Assembly: GCA_051294375.1 (NCBI GenBank)
Contig: CM119271.1
Coordinates: 10,791,376-10,855,222, forward strand
Direction: 5' to 3'
Length of the DNA: 63,847 nucleotides
From: Paraspadella gotoi
Lineage: Eukaryota > Animalia > Chaetognatha
In this document: positions 15,385 to 29,300 of the stretch, one piece after another
Position numbering within the stretch: position 1 is the stretch's first letter
Layout of the letters: each line of letters begins with the position of its first letter
Notes under the pieces: generated by a model
What the model saw: only the letters and a program-made list of their open reading frames with translations
Databases searched by the model: none
Told to the model about the DNA's origin: nothing
Translations under genes and position numbers: made by a program

Positions 15385-15705
15385 AAGTAACGTGAGTCAT
15401 AGGATGGTCATTTTGAATGAATGGTCATTTTCTTAAAGTCACGTGGATAATGGATTTGGAGAAGGAAGAGAACATTTTTTAAGTTCACGTGAGTCATAGG
15501 ATGGTCATTTTGAAGTCGAATTGTCATTGATGGTCATATTCTTAAAGTCACGTGGATAATGGATCTTGGAGAAGGAAGAGAACATTCGTTTAAGTCACGC
15601 AGTCATAGGAATGGTCATTTTGAAAGTCGAATGGTCATTGATGATCACGTGGATCTTGGAGAAGGAAGAGAAGTCTTCAAGAATTGGCGTGAAGTCACGT
15701 GGTTA
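15385..15705. repeat. ~105 bp tandem repeat, about 3 copies (noisy mirror at ~2180-2480)
   Basis: Repeated agtcacgtg...gtcataggatggtcattttg...ggagaaggaagagaa units. Confidence 0.75.
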
Positions 15706-17289
15706 ATGTGTGATCAGTAGGGTGGAGTAGAGGTGGTCGAGATAAAATGGGCGAACAAAATGAGATGAATCGATTTATGATTTATTGAAATCAGAAAAGC
15801 GAATGGAATCGAATTGGCGAATTGTACCAAGCGCCGTATAAAAATTTTATACAGCGAGAGAGAGAAAATTTGGTTTACATTTGTAAAGTAAACAATTCTA
15901 AAAATACTTCCAAATAAGGTAACGTTTTGCGACCGGCGTTTGAACAGAGGGAGCAAAATATTTCTTAGCGGGCATTGGAATTTTTAAAGAATTCGGCCGG
16001 CGATTTTATTTACTTTCTTACTAATAATAATAATCAGGATCTCCACTCGGCCACGCACCAAAGAAAGCAAATAAATGAGTATCAAAGTAAAGCAAATAAA
16101 ATTAAATTAAAAACGGCCACTTTCTAAAATAAAAGTACACATCACAGTAACTGCTTTTTGGCCAGTTAAAGCTAAATAATGCAAAAATACCAAAGTGAAA
16201 TTTAATAATAATTTAGCAAATTATACGGTAGCGTTGGTAAATCACACATGAAAATTCAAATTACGAAGTTCTGATTTATGAATCACGAAAGACATCCAGT
16301 TTGTGATGAAGTTGAAAGCACCCATGAACACAGTGAACAGCACAAAACGATGAGCACACATTTAGACTTTGAAAAGAGTGATGACGTAGCTTCATGACGC
16401 AGATCCTCTGTGGCGTAGGAGGCATAACCAGTGCTATTTCTCCAGTACACGTACAAGTGACTACTGGTGCATGTTGCCGCAAATGCAAACATGATTCACT
16501 GGTCTCAAACATCTCCCATCCCATCGCCGATCCACATGGTCTTTTTGGCGTCCAAAANNNNNNNNNNNNNNNNNNNNNNNNNGCCAAAACTTGCTCAAGA
16601 AACGTGACGCTGACGTGCCCATAGATGGACGAACTTTCACGCAAAAAATTTTGATGTGTTTTTCAAGTTGGCAGAGACTTTAACGAAGCAGGAGAAACGT
16701 TAGTCCAAAATTTCGCATATCCATCAGTGACAGCAAAGAAAAAAAACAAACTCTCTTGGTTTTTCCTTCTTATCTTTTGATTGACCAATCAGAGTGGAGG
16801 AAACCGACGGCAGGGAAACAAGATCACTCTTCGACTTAACTTTAAGAAACTAACAGGAAAATCCTTTTCTCTGCATAATCTTCATCATTTGTATGTCAAT
16901 TATCATCATCCCAACATGTTCTTAGGTCAACATAACTCCTTTTATTTCTTCCATATAACTTTGCTAACTTTCGTTGTACAAACTAATAATTATACAAAAA
17001 ATAAAATCATTCATTTTAATCTAAAAGTAAATCGCTTTATTTGAGAAGCAAAAGACGGATTTAACCCAAGACGGATTTATCCCAAGTTTTAATTGACGCC
17101 AACTCCCTTTCCGTCTGTAGAATTTTTTTTGGTTGGGTATTGAAAAAATCTATATCACTATCACTTTTCCATTTTATGACGTGATCAGCGTTGGTCCTTA
17201 ATTTTTTCAATTTTTCGTTTTGATGCTTAGTGAGGAAGCTTTAGACAAAAGTAGCCATTTGCGTATTTTCGTCCGACATCTGCGTTTGC

Positions 17290-17571
17290 ATCGAAACTTT
17301 ATATCCAGCTACATCACACACTTTCCTACCCACACACAAAATTTCATTCCAATCTAACCATCCAATCACGAGTAATTGGAGTTATTTGCAAAGGGGGGAC
17401 GGACGGACAGACAGACAGACAGACAGACGGATATCATTTTTTTTGCATAATTTATCATAATTCGATGTTCTGACATGATATAAGTGAAAGCCCGACAAGA
17501 TTGAGGGGGCCGACGGACCGACAAAGTGAATTATAGAGTCGGAATCTGCTGATAAGCAGATCCGACTAAAA
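17290..17571 (-). mobile_element. DINE-1-like Helentron-associated element (HINE), 5' portion
   Basis: Hairpin agtcggaatctgc-tgataa-gcagatccgact next to an A-run, plus (ggac/agac)n microsatellite; closely matches 57850-58151. Further ends at ~6623-6690, ~11940-12030, ~2859-2890 and ~15150-15182. Confidence 0.7.
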
Positions 17572-18560
17572 ATCTTTACTCAGCATTCTCGCACTGATTG
17601 CCTCGCATTCCTTCACTTCACTTGACCAGAACTGGAGAAGAGGGGGAGAGAATCGCAATTGGGGTTTGGGTTAAAAGTTGAGTTGGGTGAGACGTGGTCA
17701 GAGGGAAAGACGGGGCCGCGGCAGATGAACCGAGACGGGTCAGAAGGTCTGACAGATAATAGTCGAGATGCGATCGATAAAGAATGGGTTAAGCTAAAGT
17801 CGAGAAAAAAAAAGCGAGAGAGAGAGAGAAAGAGAGAGAGAGAGACGAGGGGAGAGGGGGTGTGGGTGATCGTTGGACAGAGGGGAGTGAAAGTGATCTA
17901 TCTCTCTCTCTCTCTCTCTCTCTCTTCACACCGGGAACTAGTTAGAGAGAAGAGAGAAGAACTAGGAACTGAGGAAAGGAGAAAAAATATGATCCTGAGT
18001 CTGGGAGAAGGAGGATGATGAAATGAGATCTCGAATTTTCATGACCAATCAGAGAGCTCGAGAAATTTTCCAAAGTTTCAGGACCAATCAGAGAGCTCGA
18101 GAATTTTCAAATTTTCACAGGAGCTCGAGGATAAAGTGACTTATTCTCTGGGCAAGTATAAAAGGAAGATTGGAAGGAGAGAAAAGTAGCAGAAAAATTT
18201 AAAATTTTTCAAAACAGTTACCTCACACACCTAATGTTTTTAATATAAATAATGAAAACAAAATAATAAGTTGGGTCAATTTCTCTTTAATATCAAAATT
18301 ATAAATCAAAAATCGTTCAACGACCATAAATGATTTCTTTAAGAACCAAATTTGTCGGTTAATTAATTTTTTCTCCATATTTTTTTAAAAAACAATATTT
18401 AACATTTGAAACTTTTCCAACAACCACAGAGGGCATCTATGTCTATGACTATGACTATGATAATCATGATAATCATCAGCATACGATAAAAAGTAGTTTT
18501 TGGCCAAAAAAAGTGATGTTTTTCCAGAAATTTAGGCCATTTGGATCACTGTGCGCTGAC

Positions 18561-19467
18561 TCACGCGACGACTTGTCCTCCGTCGACTGGAAGCGAAGTT
18601 CCCGTCAACATCCTAGACGCGTCGCTGAGGAGAAAAAGAATCGGACCCACGACGTCTTCGATTTCAGCGAATCTTCTCAAGGGGATCCTCGAGATGATCC
18701 TGGCGGACCGCTCCGGGTCGGACCGGGTCGCCTCCGTGAGGCGAGTGTTCACCGTCGTTGGGTTCACGCAGTTGACGCGAATTCCCTTGGGGCCTTTTGA
18801 GTTGACGGGGGGGAAAAAAAGGGGCTTTTTTTTAGCGGTGACATTTTTAATTTTTTTTAATAAAAGATTAATTAATATATTGTGGCGAATAAACAGGACG
18901 ATGCTCAGATGAGAGAGAGATGATGCGATGAGGTCGTGTGTTGCTGCTGCCACAATATGATTATTTTTTTTTACACTAGTATTAAATTATTGCATTTGGT
19001 TTATTTTTGCTTTTTATTTGTTTCTCCCTCGCTAACACTTTAGAACGTTATTTTTAAAAATTTATTATTTTAGATATTTAAGATTATAAAATTTTAAAAA
19101 TGTTGTCAGTTAAGACCGAGTTAATGAAAAAAGAGTAGAAAAGAAAGTAAAATGAGATGATACTCGTTTCTGAGTTATTTCAAAACTTTTAATTAATAAA
19201 CCGACCGACCGATTTACCAAGAACTGTCCTTTCTGAGTCACGTTTCGCCAAGAATAAAATAAAAATTGTTTAAATATTTAAAACAAAAAACCTAATTCGA
19301 CGGCCAAGGATCTAGTCGCTGCGTCCATCGCTCCCTTGGTGGCGCAATAAGTCATTGCAGGAGCTCCGCGCAACGCGGCGACGCTGGAAACGTTCACGAT
19401 GCTGCCCGAAATGTTGTCTTTGAGCATTCGATCGACGACCACCTGGAAGAAGTTGGAGAGAAGAGGA

Positions 19468-19522
<55 letters not shown>

Positions 19523-19700
19523 AGATAAATAGAAATGAATACATTGTTTCTGGACAGTCTCATGGGTCTTTTGTCTTAAAAGAGAGAGAGAGTGAGAGAT
19601 GAGAGAGAGAGAGAGGAGAGAAGAGAGGAGAGAGAGAGAAGAAAGAAATGATGATACACTTGTCTTTTTGTCTTAAGTCTTTAAAGAGAAGAGAGAGAGA

Positions 19701-19738
<38 letters not shown>

Positions 19739-19984
19739 AGAATTAGAAATAATTACACTTGATTCTGAACAGTCTCATGGGTCTTTTGTCTTAAAGGGAG
19801 AGAGAGAGAGAGAGAGAGATGAGAGAGAGAAATATAGAAATGATTACTACTTGTCTTTTTGTCTTTAAGTCTTAAAGAGGAGAGCAGAGAGAGAGAGAGG
19901 GAGAGAGAGAGAGGGAGATGAGAGAGGGATGAGATGAGAAAGAATAAGAAATGATTACACTTGTCTTTTTGGTCTTTAAGTCTT

Positions 19985-20027
<43 letters not shown>

Positions 20028-21738
20028 ATTTAACCTGAGTGACGCTCAGCATCGATTTAAAATTTGTATCGAAATAATGATCGACATTCTCCGAAGTTTC
20101 GTCGACGAGAGATCGTCTCTCTCCCGATCCCGCATTGTTGACGAGCAGATCGATGGGGAGACTCTTCTCGACGGCCTCGTGGGCGGCGTTCCAATCCGTC
20201 AGATCCACTCGGACGGTCTTCAGCTGCGGAGAAATGGGAATATAGTAAAATGTATTATAATTCAGTTATAAATAACATAATTTTGATACGCCATCGACCT
20301 TAATCGGGAACTAAGCTCAACTTAACATGACAAAACAGTTGTTAACTTTCTATGGTGTAAATTAAACGATATTTTTATTTGCTTAAATTAATGGTTGAGA
20401 AGGATTAAGAAGAACCGATCAGCCATTCTCAAATTGCTCAGTGGTCACCAATTAATTTCTCACCAAGTCTTTGCATCACTTCCCGTTAAAATTACGTAGG
20501 CGTTTTATTGTCAGTGAAAGCGAAAGCTTCAACTCACGACCCGATAGTCGTGAATTCTGAGCTTCCGGCCCATCACAACGCGTGACGATGCGGAGAGCCA
20601 ATTGGTTACAAGCGACGGGAATTCAAAGTAGAGAATTCTCTCAGACCCTTTGGGCACAGTGAGTGTAAGGAGCGTCACTTCCTCTTCTTTCGTTCAATAA
20701 TTGATCACCACTTCCTCACCAAATCCTCAACAACCAATAACCGATTCCTCAACAACCAATCACCACTTCCTAACTAAATCCTCACCAACCAATCTCCACT
20801 TTCTCACCAACCAATCACCAAATCCTCACCAATCAATCAACAAATCATTAACAACCAATCACCAATTCCACACCAATCAATTACCACTTTCTCACCAAAT
20901 CCTCACCAACCAACCAGCAAATCCTCACCAACCAATCACCAAATCCTCACCAAACAATCACCACTTCCTCACCAAATACTCAACCAATAACCAATTCTTC
21001 ACCAAATCCTCACCAATCAATCACCAATTCCTCACCAAATCCTCACCTACCAATCACCTCTCCTCACCAACTCCTCGCCAACCAATCACAAAATCCTCAC
21101 CAACCAATCACCAAATCCTCACCAACCAATCACCAAATCCTCACCAACCAATCACCAAATCCTCACCAACCAATCACCAAATCCTCACCAACCAATAACC
21201 ACTTCCTAACCAAATCCTCAGCAACCAATCACCACTTTCTCACCAACCAATCACCAAATCCTTACCAATCAATCAACAAATCCTTAACAACCAATCACCA
21301 ATTCCACACCAATCAATTACCACTTCCTCACCAAATCCTCACCAACCAATCACCACTTACTCACCAAATCCTCACCAACCAATCACCTCTCCTCCCCATC
21401 TCCTTGCCAACCAATCACAAAATCCTCACAAACCAATAACAAAATCCTCACCAACCAATCACCTCTTCTCCCCATCTCCTCACAAACCAATCCCAAAATC
21501 CTCACCAACCAATCACCAAATCCTCACCAACCAATCACCAAATCCTCACCAAATGCCCCTTCCCCTCTCTCTTCATCTCATCCTCCAAAGAATCCAGATC
21601 CTCTTGGGTCCTCGAGAGGGCGAAGACGAAGGCGCCGGCGCGGACGAGCTCTTGGACGCAACCCCGGCCGATTCCTTTTCCGGCGCCGGTGACGAGGCAG
21701 CGTTTGCCGGAAAAGTCAAAGGTCATCTTGGTCGACAT
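18561..21738 (-). CDS. DCXR: L-xylulose reductase / dicarbonyl reductase-like short-chain dehydrogenase, 4 exons (21738-21550, 20223-20035, 19442-19292, 18793-18561), 253 aa
   Basis: GT-AG junctions join in phase; SDR motifs [23 protein letters not shown]; C-terminal [15 protein letters not shown]...[19 protein letters not shown] is typical of DCXR/CBR2. Confidence 0.85.
20701..21549. repeat. 22 bp minisatellite (ccaaccaatcaccaaatcctca)n in DCXR intron 1
   Basis: Tandem units running up to and including the exon 1 donor. Confidence 0.9.
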
Positions 21739-22389
21739 CGGTGACTCAAATGGCTTCCGGAAAATAAAAACGATATTATTAATTGTAACAGAATATTTGT
21801 GGTTTTTTTAATTTTCTACTATTTGTTTCGTAATGATTATGATTATGATTATCCTACAATTTAATTAATTCATACTCTTGAAGAATAGCCTGTAACTGTA
21901 AGAGAGAATTTGGCATAAATTTGGACCAATGACCATCTTAGCTTAACCTGTAACCAAAGCCAAAAGGCAAGAATACTTAAAACTTACATGAATTTTTCAC
22001 CCAATTTCACTCGAAAAACCGCCAACAGGATTCGTTTTAAATACTTTTTTTAGATAAAACAAAGTTTGTTTGTTTGATAACAACGATTTTTTAAAAGTTT
22101 TTGCTCGTTCAGATTTTTTTTTTACATTTAATCACGTTTAATCACGCTAGTTACTCCACAGAAATTTTCTTAGAAGATAACACTAATCTCTTTATCTCTC
22201 AATTTTAGTTTTATCTAATTTTCTAATTTCTTATCTTCTCATTCAGATCGTAAGAGCAAATATGAATATCTTTTTCTTGAAATAAAGGCAATAACAAGCG
22301 ATACTTTAGTAATTATGAATATATTTTTCTTGAAATGACGGAAATAGTCACAAGCGATGATTAACTTTAGTATTGATGATTATTATCTA

Positions 22390-22427
<38 letters not shown>

Positions 22428-22475
22428 TCTCTCTCTTTCAAAATTTAATGAAACTCTACCTCTTCGATCCGTCAT

Positions 22476-22481
22476 CCTCAC

Positions 22482-22571
<90 letters not shown>
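22476..22571. repeat. (CAT)n microsatellite
   Basis: About 30 nearly uninterrupted units. Confidence 0.95.
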
Positions 22572-22572
<1 letters not shown>

Positions 22573-23303
22573 TCACCATCGAATCTGTTTTCGTGAGCAG
22601 ACGAATGAGTTCGTGTTTTAGCAAATTGTTTGCAACGATGTCGATACGAGAAAAAAACAAATCATTCAAATCATTCAAATTCGTGGAACTCGTTTCACGA
22701 CTTCATTCCTTTGTCGTCTGTCAAGTTCTACTGGCAACGACATAGAAAATATATCGAGAAATATTGCTAAAATAAAAAAAGGGTTTTGTACTGTAACTGT
22801 ACTGTACTGTACTGTAAAAAAAAAAAGAATCCAACTAAAAACTAATCTCTCGATCTTATCTCTTTATTTTTTTTAGATTTCTACTCTAGAAACTTGACAA
22901 AATTTTAATCCCTTAAAAAATCATTCTGAACCAAAGCTTTAACCTAATCCCTATTCCAATATCCTAATACCTAACTTAACTCCTATCCCTGAACTCTCAC
23001 TTCATTTTTCAATCAAAAACTTAAATGCAAACGAAGCTGTTTTTTGTTGTTGTTGTTTTTTCAAAATATGACGCCTTTTTCAAATTCCATCCTGATTCGA
23101 TACCATGCTGTAAATCTTTTTTCCCCCGCGCCATGCCGTTTCCCCTGCCAATGTTACGAGATTGGCGGAGAGAGGAAGGAGCAGGGCGTTAAGCTGGAGG
23201 TCTTTTTTAGAAAATCAGGCAGTCTGGATCCCCGTCTCCCTACCATTCAGATTTTAGAGTAACCGTCACACTCGATCTATCACAGAAACGCAATCCTTGT
23301 CTC

Positions 23304-26300
23304 ATGGAAGAAACGAAATATTTCAAACTTCGCGAAAAACTTAGAAATTTGACGAAACGTTGGAGACTTCGATCGATCCACGTTGGTCGCCATGACGACG
23401 ACGAAGACGACGACGATAAAGAAGGCCACGACGACGACGACGACGACGACAACGATAAAGTTCTTGTGAGGATCTTCGGCGACAAGTTTCGTCTCCACAA
23501 AAGCGTCTTGTCGAGCGAAAGCCAATTCTTTCAGGTGTTGCTGTTGCTGTCGAATTACCAAACGACGAAGTGATTTTTCGTCCTCGTTTTTGTGAACCAG
23601 GCAATGTTCCGAAGCGAAATGTCGGAAACGAAGGGACGACTCGTCGAAGTCCACGCGCCGCCACGCCTCTTAGTGGCCGGCGCCGCTGCCGACGCAGCTG
23701 TCGCCGCCGCCTACGCAGCTGCAGTTCCCGACTCGTCCCTAGCTGAAAGAGGTTTTACTACATTTGAAAATTCAAATATTCGTTATCATCGTCGTCGTAG
23801 TTTTGGTCCTTGCCTTGTCTTTTTCGTCTTCGTCTTCGTCTTCGTCTTCGTCGTCGTCGTCGTCGTCGTTGTAGTCTTTTCAAAGGCCTAAAGTTTATGT
23901 TAGTTTAGTTAGTTTACTTAATTTTAGTTTAGTTCAGTTTAGGCTAAACTACTTTCTTCATTTATCTTTTTTCAGTATCGGCGGCCATCTTGAAAACGTT
24001 GATCTTTTGTTATTCGAAAGACATCGAATTGAGCGGAGATTCCTTTCAGGAAATCCTCGAATGCGCCATCTACTATCAAGGTGAGAAACGAACAAAAGGG
24101 CATTAGTACTCAATCTTTTTGTTATCAATTGTTTGTTATTATTCTCATATTTCGTGAATTTTTTTATATCTTCCTAGAAATGTTAAAGAAACGCCTAAAT
24201 TGTATCTTCAACCGCTTTTTAAGTATTTAAATGTAATAAATGTGTTTACACTTCGTATTTTTAATACCATCTTTGCAGTCGAACGTCTCGAATCACACTG
24301 TATCGATTACATTATGGATCGAACGACGATAAAAAATGTCAGTGACGTTTTCCAGATGGCGCTCGGTATAATAAGTTTTGACATATCAATATGTATTATT
24401 GATATGAATTTTTGGCCAAAAAAAAAAAAAAAATTATTCGTTTTTTTTTTCAATTAGATTTAATATCTAATTTTAAATTCTGTTTTTTTTTTTTTTTTGA
24501 ACAGATATGGATTTGTCTCGACTGCGTGAGAGAATAAGAAGTCACATTTCACAAAATTTCGCTCGAATATTTCGCCGTGAAAATCGATGGTGTGAGTTGT
24601 GAATAATGAAAACAGAAAATGAAATAAGACCTGTAATCGATGATTATTTTGAAAAATAGTAGTTGTAAGTTGTAACAATTTTGTCTTCTTTATTCAGTGG
24701 AGAGATTAATAGAAAATCGAGGAAAACAAAAAATGCTACTCACACAATATCCCAGAAATTTCATCGCGGAGTCAGCGGAGGTGATGGAAAGTTCACTGTG
24801 CAACGTGAAGAGCGGTATGGAGAGTTTTATATGATTGAATATGATTATTATAGAATAATTTATTAAGTTGTGCATCTATGTAAATTTACTTCGTTTGCGC
24901 TTTTTATCTCAAACTATGGGGTGTGTGTCTCTCTCTCTATCTCTCTCTCTCTCTCCTTGCCCTGCCTTACCTTCCTTGTAAAAGTAATTCAAATAAAATG
25001 TTTAAAAGGAAAGTTTTGTTAGACTGGAGGCTGAAAAAGTCCTTTTTTTTTCGATACCCATATATTTATACACGAATGTTTTGCGACAAAATTACCGTAA
25101 ATTTATCCCCGCTCCTGCGCTCCACCTCTCCTCCCTTACAGAAATCCAAACATTGGCCGTCGCCACGTGTCTGCTCACGCCGTCATTGCTTCATTGCAGC
25201 ATCAACTGCAGAAACGAGGACATTGCGACGAAGGGCGTCAGATGGAAGATTCTGTCGTTGCAGTTGGAAGAGAAAATTGCAATCGAGGAATTTCTGGATT
25301 TGATTCGATCGAATTTCGGAGAAGATTTCGTAAAGGTAAGGATAGAGGGAAGAAGGGATGGATAGAGGGAAGAAGGGAAGGATAGAGGGAAGAAGGGATG
25401 GATAGAGAAAAGAAGGGATGGATAGAGGAAAGAAGGGATGGATAGAGGAAAAAGGTGGATAGAGGGAAGAAGGTGAGGATAGAGGGAAGAAGGTGAGAAT
25501 AGAGAGAAGAAGGGATGGATAGAGAGAAGAAGGGAAGGATAGAGAGAAGAAGGGAAGGATAGAGAGAAGAAGGGAAGGATAGAGGGAAGAAGGTAAGGAT
25601 AGAGGGAAGAAGGGAAGGATAGAGGGAAGAAGGGAAGGATAGAGGGAAGAAGGGAAGGATAGAGGTAAGAAGGTAAGGATAGAGGGAAGAAGGGATGGAT
25701 AGAGGGAAGAAGGGAAGGATAGAGGGAAGAAGGGAAGGATAGAGTGAAGAAGGTAAGGATAGAGGGAAGAAGGGAAGGATAGAGGGAAGAAGGAAAGGAT
25801 AGAGGGAAGAAGAGATGGATAGAGGGAAGAAGGGAAGGATAGAGTGAAGAAGGTAAGGATAGAGGGAAGAAGGTAAGGATAGAGGGAAGAAGGTAAGGAT
25901 AGAGGGAAGAAGGGATGGATAGAGGGAAGAAGGGAAGGATAGAGTGAAGAAGGTGAGGATAGAGGGAAGAAGGGAAGGATAGATGGATGGATCGATTAGA
26001 CGGCGCGATGAATGGTTGGACAGATAGATGGAGGGATGGTTCAAAGGAAGGATGGATTGATAAATGGATCGAAGAGTAGGATACATGGAAACATAGATTA
26101 AAATATAGAAAGTTGGATAAAATATAGAAAGTTATATCGACGGAAAAAGTGACGGAGGGATCCATAGATACTAGACAACACAGATTAATCTAAACTAAAT
26201 CCTAAAGTCCAATTATAAAAAAAAACGAACTTATGAAATGCCAAATGATTTATTTTTTTGTTACTTTGAAACTAAAATTTCGTGAGCTCTAAACTTTAAT

Positions 26301-29300
26301 TATTATCTCGAAGATTAAGTAAGTAAGCGTAGCAGCGGGACCGAACGGAAAAACGTTGCTTGCTTCTTTAAAAATGCTTGGTCTTCTGCCCAATTAACGC
26401 AGCAAGCTCCCCTTAAAAAAAAAAAATGTAAATATCATCCCGCGGAGATAGCGACTTGAATGAAATCGTCGTATCGAAAAGTGGCTTCGCCGTTTTGACT
26501 CGAATCCTGTCTCTTAAACTGTTCGGTCAGCATCCGCAAGGAGATGCACAGGTGCACGAAGTCGTCGAAGGTGATCCTGCCGTTGACCCTGCGTCAAATG
26601 CATTGTGAGGGGGGAAAGGGAGATGCGTTGCTCATGAAGATTTAAAAAAGAGAAAAGGCAATCGGAAGAATTCAATGTTTGTTTATAAATTTAAACAAAA
26701 AGAAAATACTCTCAGCGGATGAAGATTATATTTTAACATTTGTAGTTATGATGTACTAATCCTTTCTTTTAGCATTTTACAACGAATTTATTTTGGTTAA
26801 AATACGGACATGTTTCGGCTTGCTGTTTTCAAGCCTTCATCAGCGTTGAACGCTGAACGCTTGAACGCTGATGAAGGCTTGAAAACAACAAGCCGAAACA
26901 TGCCCGTATTTTAATCAAAATAAATTCGTAGTAAAATGCTTAAAACTTTGTTTTCTATATTTAACATTAGTAGTTTTAACGAATTGTTACCCGAATCTTT
27001 TAACGATTACGCCCATGGCGGAAGGAGAGAGCTGGTAGCCAAATTGTACCAGGATCCCGTGCAACTCGTGAGCTTCCACGGTTCCGCTTCGATCCCGGTC
27101 AGCGCTCTGATGGAACAATTGAGATTGAATATTACAGATTGAATTACAGATTGAATATTACAGAAAACAGTCCTAATATTATTAGGACTGTTTTCTTTGT
27201 GCGTCTCTGTCACTTTTCGTCACTCTGTCCCTCTGTCCTGGTCTCAGACTCTCCGTCTCTTTTTCCGATCTCTCTGCGCAATATCTTAATATGTGTCCCT
27301 CGGAGTCTCGATTTCTACGTCTCTCTATGGCACTCTCTGTCTCTGTCTCTCTCGCGCCAAATCTGGCCAAATCCGGCGAGCCATTTTCGCCAAATGGGTT
27401 TTTTTTTTCGGTTAATTGAATCCCCCCCCCTAACCCAGGACAAACCATGAACGTATTCTTCCATTGATTCAAAGCGCCCCAGACTTCCTTGAACTCGTTA
27501 AATCCCATCTTGCCCGAGTAATCCCGATCCAACATGGCGATGAGGGTCCGACTGCAAGCGTGGGAAAAGGGTTGGTAGGACCCGGAAATGCCGGACGCGG
27601 TCAAGCAGCGGGTCAGTTCCAGCGAGTCGATCTGCTGGTCCGCTCCGGCGACGGCGCTGAAGTAACCATAAAGGGGATCGTTGACCGGCTGTCCGGGTTG
27701 ACCGGACGCTCCGTATCCAGGGTAGGCCATTTGGTGATGGGCTGGGTTCGGGTGAGTCGCAGAGGGAGGATCGAGAGAAAAAAAAGGGTGAGTTTATATT
27801 TATATACGATCTAAAATTTAAAAAAAAAATGTTTTGGAATAAATTTAAAAGAATTGATATAAGAAGTCGCATAATAAATGAATGACAAATATTCAATTTG
27901 ATATAGATTAGTGCGGGAGAGTACATAAGAGTATTAACGGATACAAAATTAATCCCAAGACAGGTTTTTTTTTAGAAACTATTTGAAATAATAAAAGAAA
28001 AAAGTCTTAAGAAGATCAAAACACCTCTGCTTGTTGATACAATGAAAACGGGTTATGAAATAAACATTTTAGTCACTTTTTGTATAAGATATTCGATGCA
28101 AACTGTATCAAACCTAACATGTAATGAAAAAAACAAACAAATTAGGACGAGAATAAGATTTTATTTAAATATCACCTTGTAATTTCTGATCGACAGACCG
28201 ACTGAAAAAGTCGTATGAAAATGCGACTTGACGCGTCTAAAAAATAAAGCGAGTTAGAATAGAATTAACATGAAGTGACTCACGGCAAAAAAAAAAAAAA
28301 AAGAAGACTTTTCACTTTCTTAAATTTCTTTTTTTAAGGGGATTTGCCGGTCGGTCGATGAGAAGAAGCAACTGAGATTTTATTCCGATTCTCAAAACTA
28401 GAAAAACGAGATTTCCCGCGAGGAATTTACATGTTGAAAGCCAAAGTTTTGAAGGTTTATGCCACGGAGATTAGAGAATTTACGTAGCAGGGATTCGTTT
28501 GGCCGATATTTAATTTTTTTTTAGCAAGTTATGCATATTATGACTTTTCCTATTGTCAAAAAGACAATGACGTCTGTGGTTAGTTTTTAGAGGACAAAAG
28601 GACAAACGTAACAGAGAAAGAGATTCGGTTATAATATAATCAAAAGTTTTGTTTTTTTTTTGGTTGCACGACATGTTATCAAAATTAAACGTAAAAATTG
28701 ACATGATATATGACCTCAACACAAGAGTACCTCGTATTGTAAATAATAAAGCCTCGATTTTTATTAAAACAAAGAAAAGTTTTATTTTAATCTATTTGAA
28801 TGAAGTTAATTCGTCTTCTATACAGAACTAATATAATTAATTAATTTATTAACTAATTAATACATTAGAAACCAGAAAAGAACTTGCCGGTTGAGCTGTC
28901 GTCTTTCAGCTGAAGTTGATAACTAACTTATTACGTAACTAATTACGGATAATTGATAATTTATTTTTTACACTTGTACAGTACGTGCGAGAAAAGCTAA
29001 CGCCGACGTATTTTCCGAGACGTCACGAAATTCCCAGACTGAGTTATCACGAAAGAAAAAATTTGGTGATTTTATGCAGGTACATCTATTCCAAACGAAC
29101 ATATTAGACTTTTCATGCACGTTAGGGGTCACGTAAACTTTATGCTTTTGGGTTGCTTGTTCTCTTCGTTTATAAAACGGGATTTACTTTAAAATTGATG
29201 AAATACTGGAATAGCTAATTACTAACTTACAGTGGTTCGATCGAAGCCATCATTCAATCCAAATCCATCCAAATCAATTCAAATTCCCAGCTACGACGTC

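Larger units (their letters stand above)
1332..16557. repeat. ~15 kb inverted duplication (foldback palindrome); arms ~1332-9304 and ~9348-16557, spacer ~43 bp
   Basis: Arms are reverse complements wherever I compared them (1340-2200 vs 15700-16557; 6380-9304 vs 9348-12280); centre reads ...aaaatatccttc|spacer|gaaaggatattt...; both ends abut 25-N gaps. Confidence 0.95.
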
